Origin: Promethearchaeota archaeon
Lineage (GTDB): Archaea; Asgardarchaeota; Hermodarchaeia; Hermodarchaeales; Hermodarchaeaceae
Assembly (NCBI GenBank): GCA_048938295.1
Contig: JBHLMI010000016.1
Location: forward strand, 24,625 to 56,624
Reading direction: 5' to 3'
Length of the DNA: 32,000 bases
Position numbers and translations under genes: made by a program. Of the stretch, positions 1-8,553 are shown piece by piece (the stretch's first letter is position 1; each line of letters starts with the position of its first letter). Below the pieces are notes generated by a model. That model did no database searches and had not been told where the DNA came from. It saw only the letters and a program-made list of their open reading frames with translations.

Positions 1-837
1 ATAACCAGCGAATTTGAGAGGGAGTTCATCGATTTCGAGGACTTCGTTCATATACTGGGCGGCAATCGGATGTTCAGAGGTGGCAATAAGATAGAGGTCC
101 TGATCTTCGAGCTTGTACAGTGAGTCCTCAAAGGCACTGATATCTGTGACGCCGCTGTATGCTGCTTGGTTGAGTAAATGTGGGGGGATGAGTGGAGTAA
201 ATCCCCGTTTTGTAATGTTATCTAGGGCATAGAGTGCCAATCCAAGATCGAGCCAGACGATATCATCAATAAGATAGTAGAACCGGGATCCGGCGACCTT
301 GGCTGCACGAGTCGTATCGATTAAACCGATCTCCTCTGAGATAACATAGTGGCTTTTCGGCAGGTCTTCAACGACTTCGTATTCGGGTTCCAAGCCCTGG
401 GCAGCTGCGATGAATTGGTCTACATGATTGGTCCAAATCCGTGGTTTACCAATGTACTTCACAGGTTTCGCTTCTGTCTCATCCATGCCATCAGGAACAG
501 AATCATGTACAATGTTGGCAATGCCCCAGAGTTTGTCCATCCGCTGCTTCTCAAGATCAGTAAGTTGTCTCTCTCCTGCCTCGACTTTCTTTGAGAGCTG
601 TTTAGATTTTTTGATAAGGGCTTCTCGTTTGGTCTTATCTTTAGTTTTTCCAATTTCTTTGGCCACTTCATTTCGCTGGCGTTGGAACTCCGCAAGGTCC
701 GATCGTGTTTTTCTCCACGTTTCATCTAGTTTGATAGCTTCATCAACGATGGCAGGATCGAGTCCTCGACGTCGTTGAGACCTTCGAAGTATTTCAGGGT
801 CTTCACGCACAGCTGTAAGTATAGACCACGTACTCAA
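1..837 (-). CDS. serS: Seryl-tRNA synthetase (bacterial/eukaryote-type), 3' end runs off the window
   Basis: Not in the ORF track. Manual translation from TTG at 837 (GAGGAG upstream) is open to position 1: MSTWSILTAVREDPEILRRSQRRRG, coiled-coil arm, NIVHDSVP, AAKVAGSRFYYL, LYLIATSEHP. Confidence 0.95.
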   Translation of the reverse strand, partial: MSTWSILTAVREDPEILRRSQRRRGLDPAIVDEAIKLDETWRKTRSDLAEFQRQRNEVAKEIGKTKDKTKREALIKKSKQLSKKVEAGERQLTDLEKQRMDKLWGIANIVHDSVPDGMDETEAKPVKYIGKPRIWTNHVDQFIAAAQGLEPEYEVVEDLPKSHYVISEEIGLIDTTRAAKVAGSRFYYLIDDIVWLDLGLALYALDNITKRGFTPLIPPHLLNQAAYSGVTDISAFEDSLYKLEDQDLYLIATSEHPIAAQYMNEVLEIDELPLKFAGY

Positions 838-870
838 TTTCTTCTCCTCGGGGAGCACTCACTATTTTGC

Positions 871-886
871 GATTAAAAAACCTTCC
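871..886 (-). promoter_or_regulatory. Putative BRE/TATA promoter of serS
   Basis: Minus strand reads GGAAGGTTTTTTAATC about 35-50 nt upstream of the TTG start. Confidence 0.5.
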
Positions 887-934
887 CTCCGCTCTCAACC
901 CATTTGTTGTTTTCCTTTTGGAGTCGCTTGGGTT

Positions 935-2122
935 CTAGAATACTTCAGCTCGACGAGCGATAATGATGCACAATACGATTACTACGACTACTACGACTAC
1001 AGCGACAATCCACCATGGAAAGACAAAAAGGTCGGGTCCCACTGGCAGGAGAAGTTGGTCAAGTTGGTCGAGTAGGGCTAGAGTGGAAACTGCGAAATTT
1101 GTTTGGGTGGCAGTTCCATTTGTTCCGCTAATATCGTTGAAGCCACCGTCAAGAGTCTGTTTGCTAAGTATCCATGCTGTGATATCCTCTGTAACTAGCT
1201 GACTGTCTGCGCTGAGGATTTGTAGACTAGCTACCGCATAAAAGGTTGCTAGAAGGGTAGCAACAGGGTTGTCTGGCGTATAACTGAAGCCCCCTTGGTA
1301 TTGAGGATAATTCATATCATCGCGATAATGGGGAAGAATGTAATCAATCGCTGCTTGTTCATCGATTATTGATAGGGCTCCGAGTATTTGGAGACTACGC
1401 AGGGCCATGTAAGTTGTTTGCAAGTCTGCTACTGTAGAGTTCCGTCCGTTAGCAAATCCTCCATAGCTGGGCGAAAGCGGATCTGATAGAAGCTGGCTGG
1501 AATTCAGCCAGTCAATTGCTAAGGAGGTATTCATTTGCGAAATCGCATTGTACACGTCAAGAATTTGAATCGCAGAATAGGTGGCCGACACCGTAGCAGA
1601 GATATTAGCCCAATCCATGAACCCGCCAACCGTGTCAGGATACAAAGTGGCGTTAGTGTGTTGTAGGTTGATAGTGAAATCTATGAGAATAGTGAAATCA
1701 ATATTATCTGTATGATTAAGGAGATCGAGCGTCTGGGCTCCAAAGGCACTTGCCGAGAGCGTTGCATTCGGGTAGCCATAATACGGTGGGAATCCCCCAT
1801 AGCTTGGATCTGAAGACATTTCATCGACTTGAAGTTCGGTAACCCATTCTGTCATGTTCTCAATTAAGACCCGATCCGGAGTAAGGAGGTCCGCCGCGAT
1901 CCAGGCATCAAGGGTATCAAAGACGTTAGCGATGGCAAAGGTATTAGATATTGTGGGAAGTGGTTCGCCTGGTCGCAAAACTGCACCACCAGAGCCGTCT
2001 AAACAAGTCACGGAGAAGGCAATGATAACATCCTGTCGAGAGGGCGCGGCTAAGGCAGTCAGAGGGCTAGCCAATACAAGGAGAATGAGCCCAAGAATCA
2101 AGGTGTTAGTGAACCTACGCAA
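935..2122 (-). CDS. Secreted, C-terminally anchored prenyltransferase/squalene-oxidase-repeat protein
   Basis: Signal peptide (RRFTNTLILGLILLVLASPLTALA), four GGF repeats (SYGGF twice, YQGGF, WILSKQTLDGGF), C-terminal TM (WWIVAVVVVVVVIVLCIII-ARR). TTG at 2122 follows GGAGGA; the ORF track starts at 2143. Confidence 0.75.
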   Translation of the reverse strand: MRRFTNTLILGLILLVLASPLTALAAPSRQDVIIAFSVTCLDGSGGAVLRPGEPLPTISNTFAIANVFDTLDAWIAADLLTPDRVLIENMTEWVTELQVDEMSSDPSYGGFPPYYGYPNATLSASAFGAQTLDLLNHTDNIDFTILIDFTINLQHTNATLYPDTVGGFMDWANISATVSATYSAIQILDVYNAISQMNTSLAIDWLNSSQLLSDPLSPSYGGFANGRNSTVADLQTTYMALRSLQILGALSIIDEQAAIDYILPHYRDDMNYPQYQGGFSYTPDNPVATLLATFYAVASLQILSADSQLVTEDITAWILSKQTLDGGFNDISGTNGTATQTNFAVSTLALLDQLDQLLLPVGPDLFVFPWWIVAVVVVVVVIVLCIIIARRAEVF

Positions 2123-2196
2123 GCAATGGTCCTCCAAATTCACGTGTACCGACGTTCACGGCAAAATATACCTTAAAACCTTGTGGTCAGCGACAA

Positions 2197-3120
2197 TTAT
2201 TGAATAGGTCTGACCATAAGCCAATGGGTAACAGCTTTTACTGCATCACCACAAGCTCTTACAATCTGTCGGGGTTCACCAGTTATATCCCCTACGGCAT
2301 AGACACCTTTAATGTTCGTTTGCTGATTTGCATCCACTATGATATTTCCTTTATCGTCAAGATTTACTCCTACTGATTCACAAAATGAGCTGTTAGGAGT
2401 GCAACCGACGGCAATAAACACACCATCAGCTTCCAGGGTCCATTCCTTGTCGGTTTTCTTGTTACGTAATTTCACCCCTGTGACCCCTTCCTCCCCTAAA
2501 ACTTCTAGCAGAATGGTGTCCCAAAGGATTTCAACATTAGACATCGCTTTCAGTCGATCTGCATAGGTTTTTTCTGCTCGGAGTTGATCCCGGCGATGCA
2601 CTATATACACTTTTTCAACGATATTAGCTAGAAAGAGGGCATCCATTGCAGCGGTATTTCCTCCACCCACAACAACCACGCATTTTCCACGATAGAGGGG
2701 GCCATCACAGGTGGCACAATAACTGATCCCACGTCCGTGATATTCAGTTTCGCCCGGTACACCTAGTTCCATATCACAAGCTCCCATCGCCAATACCACA
2801 GCCGGAGCGTGGAATTCTTCCCCATCTGCAGTGACCACCACTTTTGTTGGTTTCGAAAATCGGAATTCCTGTGCTGCAGTCATCTCCCGGATTTCTACTC
2901 CCGCGTTTTCCGCTTGGGTTTTCATTTTCGTGGCCAAAGCGCCTCCACTGATCTTCTCAAAGCCCGGGTAGTTTTCGATTTCCCAGGCATTCATCATTCG
3001 GCCACCACAAATCCCCGTTTCCAAAATTATTGCATTCAAGCCCATTCGTGCGGCGTATAAGCCTGCAGTCATACCGGCAGGTCCACAGCCAACGATTATG
3101 AGGTCACGCTTCTCTGCCAT
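2197..3120 (-). CDS. trxB: Thioredoxin reductase
   Basis: GCGPAG FAD motif, CATCDG redox centre, GGGNTA and HRRD NADPH-binding motifs, AVGD. Confidence 0.95.
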   Translation of the reverse strand: MAEKRDLIIVGCGPAGMTAGLYAARMGLNAIILETGICGGRMMNAWEIENYPGFEKISGGALATKMKTQAENAGVEIREMTAAQEFRFSKPTKVVVTADGEEFHAPAVVLAMGACDMELGVPGETEYHGRGISYCATCDGPLYRGKCVVVVGGGNTAAMDALFLANIVEKVYIVHRRDQLRAEKTYADRLKAMSNVEILWDTILLEVLGEEGVTGVKLRNKKTDKEWTLEADGVFIAVGCTPNSSFCESVGVNLDDKGNIIVDANQQTNIKGVYAVGDITGEPRQIVRACGDAVKAVTHWLMVRPIQ

Positions 3121-3212
3121 TACTTAACTCGCCTCATTTCCGCCTTCACAGTGTGTCCGCTATATGTAGATTTTGGCTTTGTACATCATGCTCTCCAAAA
3201 CATGAAGAGCAG

Positions 3213-3830
3213 TTACAGTTCTTGGGCCTTCCCTTGAGCAACTTCTTCAAGTTTTTCGACTGCTTCCTTATAACCGCCAGCATAGATGATGTCGCCAGGA
3301 AGAAGTTTGAATCGTCCATGTGGATCATAGGTCCACTGGTCTTTGCGCTTCACGACGAAGATCCGTGTGCCATGGTCCTCCAATCGGAGCTGTCCTAGGG
3401 TTTTGTTGGCAAGGATGGATTTGGCATCAACAATCTGACGGCTGACCCTTTCATCAGCGTCTTTCAATGCCAGGCGCATGAGAGGATGGACATCGACGCC
3501 ACGAAGCACAATTTCCGCCATTTGTGCGGCAGCATCTACGAGGTTTTCAGCTGCAACGCCAAGCCTGATGAGGCCCAGTCGGCGTTTCTCTTCTCCCTCT
3601 TCGAGCTCCATGCGTAAAACTTCAAGTTCAAATTCAGTATGAAAGCCATCGAAGGTTTCTTCTAATTCAAAGATGTCTTCGGCTATGTCTTTATTATTAG
3701 TTAGCAACGCAGTATAAGCTAGGCTTATGAGAAGCTCAGAGGTATCCTTCAATTGGATAAGCATTGTGAGAATACGTTCCCCTGGCGTCTGTTCTCCAGT
3801 AGGGGTTTTAAGCAATCTTTTCAAGCTCAC
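3213..3830 (-). CDS. PhoU + TrkA-C (RCK_C) domain protein, paralog B
   Basis: LKDTSELLISLAYTALL PhoU-like helices plus C-terminal LANKTLGQLRL...IFVVKR...LLPGDIIYAGG; overlaps the upstream paralog. Confidence 0.8.
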   Translation of the reverse strand: MSLKRLLKTPTGEQTPGERILTMLIQLKDTSELLISLAYTALLTNNKDIAEDIFELEETFDGFHTEFELEVLRMELEEGEEKRRLGLIRLGVAAENLVDAAAQMAEIVLRGVDVHPLMRLALKDADERVSRQIVDAKSILANKTLGQLRLEDHGTRIFVVKRKDQWTYDPHGRFKLLPGDIIYAGGYKEAVEKLEEVAQGKAQEL

Positions 3831-4416
3831 CAGAGGCTAACTCCTGCAGTTTCTTTATACTATCAGCTGAACCCCGAGCGATGACTCGATCGCCTTTTTG
3901 CAATTCAAAAGTTTCAGATGGGTCGATTGTCCATTTTCTCTTTCGTTGAATTGCAATGATATCAGCGCCAATTTCTTCTTCGAGATTGATATCAGCTAGA
4001 GTCTTCTCTACCAGCATTGATTTTTTCAGAATGGTTGCCCGTCCAACAATTTCGTCAGCTTGACTCATCGCGAGCCATAATATTCCCGGTATGCCAATAT
4101 CATGCAGGACGAGTCCAGCGATGTCTGCAGCGGCGTCACTGATTTTGTTTGCAGATGAAGCTGTTTTCATGATACTGACGATTTGTTCGGCGTCTTTTTT
4201 GTCACGAACGGCCAGCGATGCGTTCATGAGTAATAGGTAGCCAAGGTAATCGACACGTTCTTCCATATCCATGACTTCTTCAGCTAAATCGCGGTCATTG
4301 AACATGACCGCTGAGTAAGCCAGGTCAATCATTAACTCACTGAGGTCTTTCATTTCTACTAGTAATTCACGGACTGGGATGGGTTGATACTCGACTTCGT
4401 GAAGTTCCTCTTGCAT
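3808..4416 (-). CDS. PhoU + TrkA-C (RCK_C) domain protein, paralog A
   Basis: EMKDLSELMIDLAYSAV, ISDAAADIA, KTLADINL...DIIAIQR...LQKGDRVIARG. Confidence 0.85.
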   Translation of the reverse strand: MQEELHEVEYQPIPVRELLVEMKDLSELMIDLAYSAVMFNDRDLAEEVMDMEERVDYLGYLLLMNASLAVRDKKDAEQIVSIMKTASSANKISDAAADIAGLVLHDIGIPGILWLAMSQADEIVGRATILKKSMLVEKTLADINLEEEIGADIIAIQRKRKWTIDPSETFELQKGDRVIARGSADSIKKLQELASGELEKIA

Positions 4417-4564
4417 AACGGTGTCACGAGCTCCCAGAAAAAATGGAGATCCAATATTCCAATACCTTATCTGCAGAAAACACGCTTTTCAGTCTTTCGA
4501 GTTATCCAATGATGCGAAGAAACTTAATAGGCACACCTCCACAGGAATGTAATCAAACTAGAGT

Positions 4565-5236
4565 GTGGTTACGATGGTCGTCGGACGCATCAAAGAACAA
4601 TTCAAGCGTGCTTTTTCACCAGTTGCACGTATCATTGCAAAGTCACGCGTCCCCCCCAATGCACTCACTCTCTTAGGACCAGTTATTGCTAGCTTTGCCG
4701 CTTGGATGTATATTCAACAGCAACTGGCACTGGCACTTCTACTTCTATTGCTTTCAGGTTTTGTGGATGCCCTTGATGGTGCCGTGGCTCGGGAGATGGG
4801 GAAGACATCAGCATTTGGCGGAGTGCTAGACAGCATCTGCGATCGTTATAGCGATGCCATTGTCCTCTTTGGGATAATTCTTGGTGGCTGGGTCTCCACT
4901 CTTTGGGGTATCGTTGCTATTGTTGGGAGCCTGCTGGTCAGCTATGTTCGGGCACGCGCAGAAGCCGCAAGGGTTACCCAACTGGGTATAGGAATTGCAG
5001 AACGTCCTGAACGCTTAATCATTCTAATGGTTGTAACCCTCTTACAGTATCTTACCGTAATTGGTGTCCTCTTTGCCCCACCGATTTTCTTCGGTCTCGA
5101 GAACTGGATAGCTTATGGTGTTGTGCTTGTAGCCATCCTTGCCCATGTCACAGTGATTCAACGCGCAATTTCTGCCTACCGTGTACTTTCTAGGATGGAG
5201 TCAGAGTCCGAGCAAGCAAATCAAGAAAAAGCCTAG
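4565..5236 (+). CDS. CDP-alcohol phosphatidyltransferase (archaetidylinositol-phosphate-synthase-like)
   Basis: Family motif DALDGAVAR...GGVLDSICDRYSD, SYVRARAE, ERPERL, several TM helices. The start may be the ATG at 4574. Confidence 0.9.
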   Translation: MVTMVVGRIKEQFKRAFSPVARIIAKSRVPPNALTLLGPVIASFAAWMYIQQQLALALLLLLLSGFVDALDGAVAREMGKTSAFGGVLDSICDRYSDAIVLFGIILGGWVSTLWGIVAIVGSLLVSYVRARAEAARVTQLGIGIAERPERLIILMVVTLLQYLTVIGVLFAPPIFFGLENWIAYGVVLVAILAHVTVIQRAISAYRVLSRMESESEQANQEKA

Positions 5237-5579
5237 CCTGATTGAGGGTTTTTCGGCCCAGGTCGGTAATCCGATAATATTTCCGAGGTGGTCGGCGTCC
5301 TTCTTTTCTTTCCTCACTGAGCTCCACTAATCCATCACGTTGGAGTTTATGTAAGAGCACATACGCTGTAACTGAAGCCATTTTCACTCCAAACCGTTCT
5401 TTGACAATTCCTTGCACCTCATATCCGAAGTAATCCCTCTCTTCCAACAGGGTCAAGACATACAGCCAGAGATTGTCTTTAGTCGTCCGAGAAACTAACC
5501 GTCGCATAGCTTTCGTTTGATGGTTTGAATACTTGTCCAGAGCCTGAACAAACTCGGAATTATCGGTCATGACGTCCAC
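5190..5579 (-). CDS. PadR-family transcriptional regulator
   Basis: LWLYVLTLL...GYEV...YVLLHKLQRDGLV...RKYYRITDLG winged helix. Overlaps the convergent phosphatidyltransferase by 47 nt. Confidence 0.85.
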   Translation of the reverse strand: MDVMTDNSEFVQALDKYSNHQTKAMRRLVSRTTKDNLWLYVLTLLEERDYFGYEVQGIVKERFGVKMASVTAYVLLHKLQRDGLVELSEERKEGRRPPRKYYRITDLGRKTLNQARLFLDLLARTLTPS

Positions 5580-5592
5580 GTCTTTAGTCTCA

Positions 5593-6204
5593 TTATGTTC
5601 CTTCTCGTCGAAGCAGATCGAGTAGAAATAAACTAATCACCTGGCTTCCCAAAAGGCTTCTCGTTCCAATGCTAACTTCTTGGACTACCTTCGCTCTGAC
5701 CTCTTTTTCATGAGCTGGGGAAAGCCCCTGGTCATCGCCTAAAATCACTACGATTGGCTCATTCAACCTCAACTTTACTTGCTCTAGCGGCTGACCGGTT
5801 TCCACTAAATACAGAACCTGTTTTTTATCTTGGATAACATCCTCAAGGGTTTGCCCAAAGTCTTGGGGTGTGATTGTAAATTGGGGCCAATTCGGATCCT
5901 GTGAAACAGATTGGGATCGATATCGATAAAGCAAGCCTTTCAAAATGAGCGCGCATTCAAGTTCACTCTCAGGGAAATCTTCCGGGTTTACATTCGTGAC
6001 TTGGAGTCGAAGTGGTGGGTTTGGAGGGCCTCCAAAAATAGCATCAAGTTGAATGGCAGATGAGAACGTCGGAACTGTCCGATACGCAGATACGAGAATC
6101 CGGCAGATAACATCCAGTCGCCCACTTGTTCCTGGTACATCCCGTATCAGAAACTCGTCTGAGGTGCGTACCCGCAAAGCGTCTACAATGATGTACAGGT
6201 CCAA
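5593..6204 (-). CDS. trmY: tRNA (pseudouridine54-N1)-methyltransferase TrmY-like SPOUT enzyme
   Basis: DVPGTSGRLDVICR N-terminal motif and SPOUT knot ILGDDQGL...VSIG...LLGSQVI. Confidence 0.75.
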   Translation of the reverse strand: MDLYIIVDALRVRTSDEFLIRDVPGTSGRLDVICRILVSAYRTVPTFSSAIQLDAIFGGPPNPPLRLQVTNVNPEDFPESELECALILKGLLYRYRSQSVSQDPNWPQFTITPQDFGQTLEDVIQDKKQVLYLVETGQPLEQVKLRLNEPIVVILGDDQGLSPAHEKEVRAKVVQEVSIGTRSLLGSQVISLFLLDLLRREGT

Positions 6205-6261
6205 AATCTGCCACTCCAGCGACTAGCCCTCTGCTGTAAGGAGAACCTGCTTTATTGCCGG

Positions 6262-6537
6262 TTACTTTCCTTTTCGATCTTTGCGACTCCGGATGGTTAC
6301 AACTCCACTATGCACGGCGCAACTGATACAATACCACTTGGTGGTCTGTCGCGCAGGAATGAAGGTGCCTGCACGCCGTAGTTCTCGCGCCATCTGTGGG
6401 TCGACAAAAGAAGTACGTGAGGTTCGTTTTTTTGCTTTATCTCGAGGGACTATTTTTCCACACTTAGTACACTGAACTGTGGCTCCACGGCCTGTCGCAC
6501 CTTTGCTGCGACCGCCACTTTTCCGTTTAGATGGCAA
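6262..6537 (-). CDS. rps26e: 30S ribosomal protein S26e
   Basis: PSKRKSGGRSKG, VQCTKCGKIVPRDKAKK, YCISCAVHSGVVTIRS. Likely TTG start at 6537 (91 aa); the ORF track starts at 6597. Confidence 0.95.
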   Translation of the reverse strand: MPSKRKSGGRSKGATGRGATVQCTKCGKIVPRDKAKKRTSRTSFVDPQMARELRRAGTFIPARQTTKWYCISCAVHSGVVTIRSRKDRKGK

Positions 6538-6562
6538 TATGCGATCATCTCGAAGATTCACA

Positions 6563-6604
6563 GCGGGTGTTGTCAGCCTTCCTGTAAGCTGAGTCAACGA
6601 CCGC
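6563..6604 (-). promoter_or_regulatory. Structured 5' leader hairpin upstream of rps26e
   Basis: Minus strand GCGG-TC-GTTG-AC-TCAGCTT-ACAGGA-AGGCTGA-CAAC-AC-CCGC gives 4+4+7 bp nested stems. Confidence 0.4.
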
Positions 6605-6655
6605 TTGAGTGGAGCATGTATCCTTGATTGAAAAACTTTGTGCTCTCACACGCAT

Positions 6656-7078
6656 CTAATCAATAGTTCTACCAGACTCCGAAAGCGGATGCCCATAACA
6701 TTCAAGTTTGAAGGCTTTGTACCAGCCGAATGGGCTTTGATGCACCACGAAACCTTGTTCTTGTAAGGTCTTTAGCAGGGCTTGCAATAGCTTAACAGCG
6801 AACTTAGGTTTGGCAAGTTTTCGGGGAAAGATATGAGCGTGTGGATACAAGATAATCCTCTTCACCTTGACTCGTTGAGCCACTAACTGAATTTCTTCTG
6901 TTGCTTTTCGCACAATTTCGGATAATTGTTCTTCGTCGGTGGCTTCCACAGCGCAAAAGACAATTAAGCAGTTTTCGAATTCTTGCCATACATCCTCCTC
7001 CGCTTCATCACGAACACTGATCTTTACCGGTTCAGTTGGTTTGTAGGCTAGATTTCCGTGAAAAATTAACAAACGCAA
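6656..7078 (-). CDS. Stand-alone archaeal threonyl-tRNA synthetase editing domain (DTD-like fold)
   Basis: MRLLIFH, IVFCAVEATD, ILYPHAHI, SPFGWYKAFKLECYGHPLSESGRTI; 140 aa with no catalytic or anticodon-binding domain. Confidence 0.9.
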   Translation of the reverse strand: MRLLIFHGNLAYKPTEPVKISVRDEAEEDVWQEFENCLIVFCAVEATDEEQLSEIVRKATEEIQLVAQRVKVKRIILYPHAHIFPRKLAKPKFAVKLLQALLKTLQEQGFVVHQSPFGWYKAFKLECYGHPLSESGRTID

Positions 7079-7095
7079 CGCATTTCACCATACTC

Positions 7096-8475
7096 TTACT
7101 TTACTTTCAGATCTTCGAGAGCATCAGATACGATTTGGAGTCCTTGGTTGACTAATGTCTTTACTCGGGTTTCAGTTTTTGCTTCTGCAAAGACACGAAA
7201 GATAGGTTCTGTTCCAGAGGGGCGGAGAAGAACCCAACCATCGGTGTATCGAAATTTGATTCCATCGATGGTGCTGCACTCCGCTTCTGAGGGGGCATAT
7301 CCTTTGATGAGCTCAAGGAGGTCCTCTTTCTCCTGATGACTGCAGTGAACGCTCTCTTTAACTTGATGATAAGTGGGAAATTGGCGATCTAGCTCTTCCA
7401 GAGATTTGTCTTCTAGCTCCATTAGTTCGAGAATCTTTAGTGCGGTAAGCATCCCCTCTCGGGCCCAAGACCAGCCGCGATAAATAACTCCCCCATTTTC
7501 TTCACCCCCAATCACCGCATTTTTTGCTTTCATTGCCTGGACTATAAATGGTTCACCGACCCGCGTTTCGACTATCTCTGCATCAACGAGGCGAGCAACT
7601 TCGTGGATGATATCGCTGGTCGCAACTTGTGTTACGATACGCTTTGGCTTCTCCTGTAGGTCTCGAAGCGAATGATATGCTGCTAGTGCGAAGACGCGAT
7701 CACCCATAAGGTATCGACCTTGATCTGTGATGAAGATGATTCGGTCGGCATCACCATCCCAGGCAATCCCCACATCGAGTTCATTCTTTTTAACGGTCTG
7801 AATTAATTCTTGGAGATTCGCTTCTTTTGGCTCTGGTAGCCGGTTAGAAAAAAGACCATCAGGCTCGCAGTAAAGAAGCTTGGTCCGCACCTCTATCGCA
7901 TTCAACAGGGCAGGAACAACCATCGCCGCTGCGCCTCCACCACAATCAGCAGCAACATGGAACTGCCGTTTAATCAGACGTTGTCCATCAACCTGCTCGA
8001 GCAAGGCTTCGATATACTGCAACCTGAAATCCTCAGAGGGGACGAGACGGCCGCAAGCCTGCCATTCACGTAAGGATCTGTCTTCAGCAAAATAGTAGTC
8101 TTCAACTGCATGTCCCATTTCTACCGTAAAGGATGCGCCATCTGGGCCCCATAATTTAATGCCATTGTATTCTGGTGGGTTATGACTTGCTGTAATCATT
8201 ACCCCCCCATCCAATTTGAGTCGTGGAATGGCATAAGCTAACAGTGGTGTGGGAACCAGACCAAGAATATGAACATTACAACCTCCCCCCATCAAGCCAG
8301 CACTAAAAGCAAATCCAAGCATTTCACTGGATTGTCGCGAATCCCAACCTAGACCGATGGTCTTCTGTCCTTCAAGATAATCTGCTAGTGCATGGCCCAC
8401 ATCATGTGCAACTGTTGCCGTGAGTTCTTTATTGACGATGCCACGGAATCCTTGGGTCCCAAACAATCGGGTCAA
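7096..8475 (-). CDS. Alpha-D-phosphohexomutase #1 (archaeal PGM/PMM-like)
   Basis: LFGTQGFRG, ITASHNPPEYNGIK, DGDADR, GGEENGG, RPSGTEP. Confidence 0.92.
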   Translation of the reverse strand: MTRLFGTQGFRGIVNKELTATVAHDVGHALADYLEGQKTIGLGWDSRQSSEMLGFAFSAGLMGGGCNVHILGLVPTPLLAYAIPRLKLDGGVMITASHNPPEYNGIKLWGPDGASFTVEMGHAVEDYYFAEDRSLREWQACGRLVPSEDFRLQYIEALLEQVDGQRLIKRQFHVAADCGGGAAAMVVPALLNAIEVRTKLLYCEPDGLFSNRLPEPKEANLQELIQTVKKNELDVGIAWDGDADRIIFITDQGRYLMGDRVFALAAYHSLRDLQEKPKRIVTQVATSDIIHEVARLVDAEIVETRVGEPFIVQAMKAKNAVIGGEENGGVIYRGWSWAREGMLTALKILELMELEDKSLEELDRQFPTYHQVKESVHCSHQEKEDLLELIKGYAPSEAECSTIDGIKFRYTDGWVLLRPSGTEPIFRVFAEAKTETRVKTLVNQGLQIVSDALEDLKVK

Positions 8476-8553
8476 CGGAGTCTCCTCTTGTAATCATCAA
8501 CCCTACCTGCAAAGGTATTAATCTGTGGGCTAGCTCAGTTCCGCTATATCCAA

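Noticed and set aside
349-778. ORF-track ORFs 349-594, 428-778 and 459-725
   Set aside because: Shadow frames of serS (1-837, minus strand). Most other short overlapping ORFs in the track are likewise antisense or off-frame shadows.
981-1000. 9-bp tandem repeat ACTACGACT
   Set aside because: It encodes the poly-Val TM helix of the 935-2122 protein and is not an independent repeat element.
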